From Myxococcales bacterium (GTDB lineage Bacteria; Myxococcota; Myxococcia; Myxococcales; 40CM-4-68-19): DNA of 56,254 bases. The notes below the pieces were generated by a model. The model made no database searches. It had not been told where the DNA came from and saw nothing but the letters and a program-made list of their open reading frames with translations. How positions within the stretch are numbered: the stretch's first letter is position 1; every line of letters starts with the position of its first letter. Position numbers and translations under genes: made by a program. The stretch covers positions 1 through 56,254 of the forward strand of contig DASWGI010000112.1 of assembly GCA_036393835.1 (NCBI GenBank), in the 5' to 3' direction. Shown one piece after another: positions 50,730-56,254 of this stretch.

Positions 50730-52247
50730 GTGTTAGAAGCGGACCGCGTGGAGGAGGCGGCTCCGCAGGCGTCGGTGAGCGCGCGGCGCGCCGCGCTGCT
50801 GGTTGCGCTCGGCACCGTCGCCTTGCACCTCGCCTGCGGCGGGAGCTACGGCTGGTTCCGCGACGAGCTGTACTTCATCGCCTGCGGGCGGCGGCTCGCC
50901 TGGGGCTACGTGGACCAGCCCCCGCTGGTGGCCCTCGTCGCTCGCGCCTCGCTATGGCTGAGCGGCGGGTCGGTGCTGGCGTTCCGCGCGCCCGCGATCC
51001 TGGCGCACGCGTCGACGGTGCTGCTCGTGGGACTCTTCGCCGCGCGCCTCGGCGGCGGCCGCTTCGCAGCCGCGCTGGCGGGCATCTGCGCCGCGCTGGC
51101 GCCGACGCTCCTCGCCGAGGGGCACCTCCTCAGCATGAACGTGTTCGAGATCCTCCTCTGGATGGCCCTGCTGCACGTGATCTTGCGCGTGATCGACGGC
51201 GGCGATCCGCGGCTGTTGCTCGCGGCCGGCGGGCTGGCGGGCATCGGGGTCCTCAACAAGCACTCGTTCGCGCTGCTGTGCGCGACCCTTCTGGCCGGTC
51301 TGCTCGCGACTCCGCAGCGCAGCATCCTGCGTTCCCGGTATGCCCTGCTGGGAGCGGCGCTCGGAGCGGCCATCGTGCTGCCGCACGCCGTCTGGCAGGC
51401 ACGGAACGGGTTCCCCATGCTGGAGCTGCTCGCCGCGCAGCAGTGGAAGAACGTGCGATTGCCGCCGCTGCGGTTCGTGGCGCAGCTCGCGCTGGAGATG
51501 CACCCGGTGACGGTCCCGGTGTGGATTGCCGGCCTGTGGCTCTCCTGGCGCACGCCGCGCCTGCGCCCGTTCGCGCTCTCGGCGGTAGGGATCGTCGCCC
51601 TCTTCGCGCTGCTCCGGGGAAAGCCCTATTACGCCTCGCCCGTATTCCCGCCGCTCTTCGCGGCCGGTGGCGTGCAGCTCGAGCGCGTCCTGGGCCGCGG
51701 CGCCCGCGCCGTCGCGCTGGCCGCCGTGGCCGTGCTCGGGCTCGCCACCGCGCCGCTCGCAATTCCGCTCCTCGCTCCGAATGCCCTCGTCCGCTGGCAA
51801 GCACTGCTCCGAGCCGAGCCACCGCGGACGGAGCAGCACCGCTTCGGCGCGCTCTCGCAGCATTTCGCCGACCAGCTCGGCTGGCCCGAGCTCGCGCGCG
51901 CGGTGGAGCAGGCGGCCGCGCAGCTTGCGCCGGGAGAGCGGGCCGCCGTGTTCACGCAGAACTACGGCGAGGCGGGCGCGCTGGAGCTGCTCGGCCGCGG
52001 CCTGCCGCCGGTGGTCAGCGGCCACAACAGCTACTTCACCTGGGGCCCCCCCCGCGCCGACGTCCTCCTGGTCGTCGGCGGGCGGGAGGAGGACCACCGC
52101 CGCGCCTGCTCCGAGGTGCGCACCCTGGCGCGCGTGTCCCACGTGGAGCACGCGATGCCGTATGAGCAGGACCTGCCGATCTTCTCCTGCCGCGGTCTGC
52201 GCGTCCCTGCCGCCGAGCTGTGGGTGCGCGTGAAGCACTACGAGTGA
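50730..52247 (+). CDS. GT39/PMT_2-type (ArnT-like) glycosyltransferase
   Basis: 505 aa from GTG 50730. YGWFRDELYFIACGRRLAWGYVDQPPL is a typical first-loop motif. Multiple TM segments plus a soluble C-terminus. Confidence 0.8.
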   Translation: MLEADRVEEAAPQASVSARRAALLVALGTVALHLACGGSYGWFRDELYFIACGRRLAWGYVDQPPLVALVARASLWLSGGSVLAFRAPAILAHASTVLLVGLFAARLGGGRFAAALAGICAALAPTLLAEGHLLSMNVFEILLWMALLHVILRVIDGGDPRLLLAAGGLAGIGVLNKHSFALLCATLLAGLLATPQRSILRSRYALLGAALGAAIVLPHAVWQARNGFPMLELLAAQQWKNVRLPPLRFVAQLALEMHPVTVPVWIAGLWLSWRTPRLRPFALSAVGIVALFALLRGKPYYASPVFPPLFAAGGVQLERVLGRGARAVALAAVAVLGLATAPLAIPLLAPNALVRWQALLRAEPPRTEQHRFGALSQHFADQLGWPELARAVEQAAAQLAPGERAAVFTQNYGEAGALELLGRGLPPVVSGHNSYFTWGPPRADVLLVVGGREEDHRRACSEVRTLARVSHVEHAMPYEQDLPIFSCRGLRVPAAELWVRVKHYE

Positions 52248-52577
52248 CGCTCCGCCCCACCTCGCGCGAGAGCCACCCGTCGCCGCCCCCCGGGCGTAGC
52301 CTTGCACTCTTACACTCCTCTCTTGCTACTCCCCTGGCGACGCGCATTCGCAGTCCGGGGGAAGCCATGGAGTTCGACCGGCAGGACCTTTCCTGGAAGG
52401 CCAGGGATGACCGGCGCGCCCCGAGCCGCGGCGCGGGCCGGCTGATTTTCGCGCTCGCGCTCCTCGCCGCCGCCGCCCTGGCCGCGCAGGTCGAATCTTC
52501 GCCTTCGCGCAATGCCCGTGCGAAGGTCACCATGACGGCCGCGGCGACTCCCGACGCACCGTGACCTGGAGAAACTG

Positions 52578-53990
52578 ATGAAGCGAATCTTGTTTGGTCT
52601 CGCGTTCTGTGCCGCCGCGTGCAAGCCGGCCGCGGAGGCGCCGCAGGCGCCCAAGGGCTCGGTGATCGTCCTCGGCCAGCTGATCGACCGCACCGGCTCG
52701 ATCGCGACGCCCAGCTGGGCCGAGTCGATCCGGCTGGCGGTCACGCACGCCAACGAGGCCCTGAAGCAGTCCGGCAAGACGGTGCGCTTCGAGGTGGCCG
52801 AGGCCAACTCGGGCAATGCGCCCGACATGGCGCGCGCCGGCGCCCTCCAGCTGGTGAAGCAGCAGAACGCCAAGGCGATCATCACCGACTCGAGCCAGGA
52901 CGACATCGGCGTGAACATGCTCAACTACGACGGCGACGCCTCCCACCAGCTCGACGTCCCCATCGTTTGCATGGCCTGCACCTCGCCGGCCATCGACAAT
53001 CCCAAGGCGCAGGACGCCGACCCGGTGAAGCAGGCGGCGCTCCGCAACGGCAAGGGCTGGAACTTCCGTACCACCATGTCGGACGCGTACCAGGCGCGCA
53101 TGGTGGTCCACATGCTCGTCTCCGCCGGCCAGAAGGGCGACGTGAACGGCGACGGCAAGTTCAAGCTCTCCATCTACGCCAGCGACGATCCGTACGGGCA
53201 CGGCTTCTCGGATGCGATCAAGAGCGACGCCCTCAAGGCGAATCCGAGCGCGATGATCGAGCAGGTGTACCACGACGTGAAGGCCAACCCGGCCGAGTAC
53301 GACTGGGCGGCCGACGTGGCCAAGGTCACCGACAAGAAGAGCCACGCGAAGGCCGACGTGCTGCCGGACGCGGTGGTCGAGATCACCTTCCCGAAGTTCT
53401 CGGTGGGCTTCACCAAGGCCTACCTGGCGAGCGGGTCGAAGGTCAGGCTGGTGCACACGCACAACTTCCGTGCGGCGCGCGTGATCGAGACCCTCAAGGC
53501 CGCCGTCGAGGGACAGGAAGGGACCTCGCAGGCGGTGCTGGGCGAGGGCGCCTCCGGGCACGCTTTCGCCGAGGACCTGAAGGCCTCGACCGGCCAGGCG
53601 CCCGCGTTCCGCGACGCGGCCGCCTACGATGCCGCGATGACGGTGATGCTGGCGGCGCTGCGGGCCGCCGAGCACAGGCACCTTTCGGACCCCGCGCTGG
53701 TGAGCGGCGCCGAGATTCGCGACGCCCTCCGCGCCATCAACGACGCGCGTGGCGAGCGGGTGGGCGCCGGGGCGGCCGGCGTGTCGCACGCGATGCAGCT
53801 GATCGCGGCCGGCAAGCCGATCGACTACCAGGGCGCTTCCGGCCCCTGCAACTTCGATGAGCGCGGCGACATCGTGGCGCAATTGGCGCGCTTCCAGGTG
53901 CAGGGCGGGAAGTTCGTGGACGTCGACCGGTTCGACTGCCTGAAGGACCCCTCCTGCCCGCAGGTGCACGAGCGCGCCGAGAGCCGCTGA
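52578..53990 (+). CDS. type-I periplasmic binding protein (LivK/Peripla_BP_6-like), probable lipoprotein
   Basis: 470 aa with GGAGA RBS. Signal peptide MKRILFGLAFCAAAC. Alternating PBP-fold pattern. Confidence 0.8.
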   Translation: MKRILFGLAFCAAACKPAAEAPQAPKGSVIVLGQLIDRTGSIATPSWAESIRLAVTHANEALKQSGKTVRFEVAEANSGNAPDMARAGALQLVKQQNAKAIITDSSQDDIGVNMLNYDGDASHQLDVPIVCMACTSPAIDNPKAQDADPVKQAALRNGKGWNFRTTMSDAYQARMVVHMLVSAGQKGDVNGDGKFKLSIYASDDPYGHGFSDAIKSDALKANPSAMIEQVYHDVKANPAEYDWAADVAKVTDKKSHAKADVLPDAVVEITFPKFSVGFTKAYLASGSKVRLVHTHNFRAARVIETLKAAVEGQEGTSQAVLGEGASGHAFAEDLKASTGQAPAFRDAAAYDAAMTVMLAALRAAEHRHLSDPALVSGAEIRDALRAINDARGERVGAGAAGVSHAMQLIAAGKPIDYQGASGPCNFDERGDIVAQLARFQVQGGKFVDVDRFDCLKDPSCPQVHERAESR

Positions 53991-54008
53991 CGCAGATCCG
54001 CCGTTCCG

Positions 54009-54048
54009 GGACGCCCGTCCGCGATTCGCGGGTGGGCGTTCTCTTTTT
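54009..54048 (+). terminator. rho-independent terminator
   Basis: About 14-bp GC stem (GGACGCCCGTCCGCG-att-CGCGGGTGGGCGTT) followed by CTCTTTTT, 19 nt after the stop. Confidence 0.8.
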
Positions 54049-54081
54049 CAGAGCGCCGCTCGGGCGGCCGCCTTCCCGCGG

Positions 54082-55050
54082 TCAAGGTTCCGTTCCGCCG
54101 GCGGCGAACTGAGGCGGGCGCGCACCGCGGAAGAGGAGAGGGTCCGCCGGGCCCTGGGGGAGGTCGAGCTGGTAGTGCAGGTGTGGACCGGTGGAGAGCC
54201 CGCTGTTTCCGGAGAGGGCGATGACCTGTCCTTTGGCCACGGCGTCGCCCGGCGCGACCAGCAGTGCGTCGTTGTGGCAGTACACGGTGGAGACGCCGCT
54301 GCCGTGGTCCAGCAGCACCAGCCGGCCGCTCACGCGGTCGTCGCTGGCGCGGCGCACGACGCCTTCGGCCGCCGCGCGGACGGGAGTGCCGACCGGGACC
54401 CCCAGGTCGATCCCGGAGTGGAACCGGCGTCCGCCCAGCAGCGGATGCGCGCGCACGCCGAAGAAAGAGGTCACCTGCGCCGAGTCGGGCAGCGGCCACG
54501 CCAGCGCGTACGCGGTGCCGAGCGTCAGTGCGGTGGCGGCCAGCCCGACCCGGTCCGCGTAGCGCGGCGGGAGCTGGCGCGCGAGCTCCTCGAGGGTGGC
54601 CGCGCCCCGCGCTCCGCCGGCGCGGTCGCGGGCGAAACGCGCCGCCTCCTCCCCGCAGAAGAGGGACAGCACGGCGGCCTCGCGAGATCCCTGCCGCTGG
54701 GCCTCGCGCCCGATCCAGTCGCCCAGCGCGTCCGTGGATCCCGACCGCAGCCCGGCCCGGGCGAGCACCTGGGCCCGGTCTGCCGGTGACGCCCTCTCCA
54801 GGGCCGACTGCGCGCCGAGGCCCAGCGCCGCTCCCGGCGAGAGCGCCGCGCGCGGCGGCAGGGGTTCGGCGAGCTGGAGCGGGCGCGCGCCCGCGCCGTA
54901 GTACGAGAGAAGCGCCGGCGTCGCGCCCCGCCCCCCGAGCAGGCGCGCCAAGGCGGTGCGCAGGAGCGCGCCCGGCGGGGTGTGGTACCAGGCCGCCCAC
55001 AGGCAGAGGGCCGCCAGCGCCAGGTCGGCGAGGCTGCGCGCGCGCCGCAT
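54082..55050 (-). CDS. M23-family metallopeptidase
   Basis: 322 aa from ATG 55050. FHSGIDLGVPVGTPV...VLLDHGSGVSTVYCHN...GNSGLSTGPHLHY. Confidence 0.85.
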   Translation of the reverse strand: MRRARSLADLALAALCLWAAWYHTPPGALLRTALARLLGGRGATPALLSYYGAGARPLQLAEPLPPRAALSPGAALGLGAQSALERASPADRAQVLARAGLRSGSTDALGDWIGREAQRQGSREAAVLSLFCGEEAARFARDRAGGARGAATLEELARQLPPRYADRVGLAATALTLGTAYALAWPLPDSAQVTSFFGVRAHPLLGGRRFHSGIDLGVPVGTPVRAAAEGVVRRASDDRVSGRLVLLDHGSGVSTVYCHNDALLVAPGDAVAKGQVIALSGNSGLSTGPHLHYQLDLPQGPADPLLFRGARPPQFAAGGTEP

Positions 55051-55793
55051 CACCGGAGGAACGAGAGGAGGGGCGCGGCGCGGAGAGCGGCGAGCGCCAG
55101 CGGCAGGAGCAGCAGCGCGCCGGGGAGCCCCACGGTGAACGCCCGCGCCCGCCGGAGCGGGATGCGATCGGACCGCGCGTCGGCGCGGACGAGCGCGTGC
55201 ACGACGGCGCGCCAGGCGATGAAGGCGACCAGACCGAGCACCGCGGCGAGCGCGCATCCGCGGGCGAGCGCGTCCGCCGCGGAGCCGACCGCGCCGCGCA
55301 GGCCGAAGTGCAGCGTGCCCTCCAGGAGGCGTCCGACCGCGCACGATCCGGCGAGCGCGACCGCGCCCGTCGCGAGTGGATGCACGAGGCGCAGCGTGGT
55401 CGGACGTGCCCACGCCTTGGCCGCGAGCTGCCGGAACCTCTTCACCTCGTCCGCGCGCTCGTCGTAGCCGAGCATGGGCAGCGCGAGCAGCGCGTCCGCG
55501 ACCAGCTCCCAGAGGAGCGCGACCCCTCGGGCGAAGAAGACGCGCTGCGAAGGACCGACGAGGTCGACCAGTGGAGCGGTGAGGGTCCATCGGGCGGCCA
55601 GCCCGTCGAAGGCGGCATCGGCGGCGTCGACCATCCGCAGGATGAGCTCGCCCACCACGTCCGCCGCGGTGTGCACGCCCACCGCGACCAGCGCGCAGAG
55701 CGCCAGCGGCAGGAAGAACCAGCGCAGCCGATCGGCGAGCCGGGCGGCTGCGTCGAGCGCGCCGGCGGGCGGAGCGGATTCGGGCACGGGCAT
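55050..55793 (-). CDS. membrane protein, function unknown
   Basis: 247 aa from ATG 55793. Several hydrophobic helices. The stop overlaps the M23 start by 1 nt. Confidence 0.5.
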   Translation of the reverse strand: MPVPESAPPAGALDAAARLADRLRWFFLPLALCALVAVGVHTAADVVGELILRMVDAADAAFDGLAARWTLTAPLVDLVGPSQRVFFARGVALLWELVADALLALPMLGYDERADEVKRFRQLAAKAWARPTTLRLVHPLATGAVALAGSCAVGRLLEGTLHFGLRGAVGSAADALARGCALAAVLGLVAFIAWRAVVHALVRADARSDRIPLRRARAFTVGLPGALLLLPLALAALRAAPLLSFLR

Positions 55794-55900
55794 CGGCCGG
55801 ATCCTCACCGCGCGCCCGCCGCGGGCGCAAGACTTCAGCCCGGAACGTGGGTGGGTGCGGCGGCGACATGGTTCAACGCCGCAACCCGTGAACGCTCCGG

Positions 55901-56254
55901 TCAGTCGGCCTTGCGCGCCACCAGCCTGCGCAAGTTGCGGTTCGCGCGGCGCTCGTCGATCCGGAAGGCGGCGCGCCGCACCGCGGCCTCGGTGTCGCGG
56001 TTGGGATGGCACCCGCCGGTGATGCGAGTCCAGGCGGGTTGGATGAAGTCCTGCAACCGAGCCTCCCACCGCCGCTCCGAGCGGACGTGCTCGAGCATGC
56101 GCAGCGCTCCCGGATCGCGCAGCACGCGGCGGACCTCGGCGAGCGCCGAGCCGGGGTCGGGGACGCTGCAGAGGACGAGGCTGATCGCGACCGTGTCGAA
56201 GCTCTTCTCGCGGAACGGCAGGGCCTCCGCCTTCGCGCAGACGAGCGGGACGTC
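55901..56254 (-). CDS. class I SAM-dependent methyltransferase (Methyltransf_11-like), 5' end outside the window
   Basis: The frame is open to the window edge. ...LPFREKSFDTVAISLVLCSVPDPGSALAEVRRVLRDPGALRMLEH. Confidence 0.7.
   Translation of the reverse strand, partial: DVPLVCAKAEALPFREKSFDTVAISLVLCSVPDPGSALAEVRRVLRDPGALRMLEHVRSERRWEARLQDFIQPAWTRITGGCHPNRDTEAAVRRAAFRIDERRANRNLRRLVARKAD

Noticed and set aside
52367-52564. 65-aa ORF (MEFDRQDLSWKARDD...one hydrophobic stretch) just upstream of the PBP lipoprotein gene.
   Set aside because: There is no clear RBS, the tail is Ala/Arg-rich, and it cannot be distinguished from chance in this GC context.

Overview
Very GC-rich bacterial chromosomal segment. 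The protein repertoire (DUF4388, MshEN-REC-TPR, CHAD, many polytopic GT-C-like membrane proteins) suggests Myxococcota, possibly Anaeromyxobacter-like; this is inference only, since no searches could be run. All function calls rest on motifs I recognise by eye in the supplied translations, plus start, stop and RBS checks against the DNA.

About 55 genes are present, mostly housekeeping:
- rlmH-rsfS-proA-proB
- VOC/AraC pair
- hflX
- glnB-glnA
- Zn/Mn-type ABC importer operon with an embedded outer-membrane barrel
- sfsA
- GS-like / GATase / Fe-ADH cluster
- [2Fe-2S] ferredoxin with an IGPS-like gene
- CHAD
- about 13 kb envelope-glycan cluster (3 GT2, 3 SAM methyltransferases, an FAD oxidoreductase, 3 large membrane proteins)
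- B12-type acyl-CoA mutase catalytic subunit
- split biotin carboxylase/BCCP operon
- GT39
- two type-I periplasmic binding proteins
- M23 peptidase

Many giant ORFs in the track are antisense or out-of-frame GC artefacts.

Most interesting:
1. An 898-aa orphan protein with a split, divergent class-III-cyclase-like palm, translationally coupled (ATGA) to a 51-aa single-TM peptide.
2. A perfect 2 x 57-bp in-frame tandem repeat inserted in the hflX GTPase domain.
3. A dispersed about 35-bp hairpin element in three copies, two of them 30/30 identical, carrying TAG in both arms.
4. A GT-C-like gene broken by two compensating frameshifts.
5. A core-deleted pyrophosphatase remnant coupled to CHAD.
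6. A 94-nt long hairpin.
7. A 20-bp tandem array in the znuC/sfsA divergent promoter region.

No rRNA, tRNA, CRISPR, transposase or integrase was seen.
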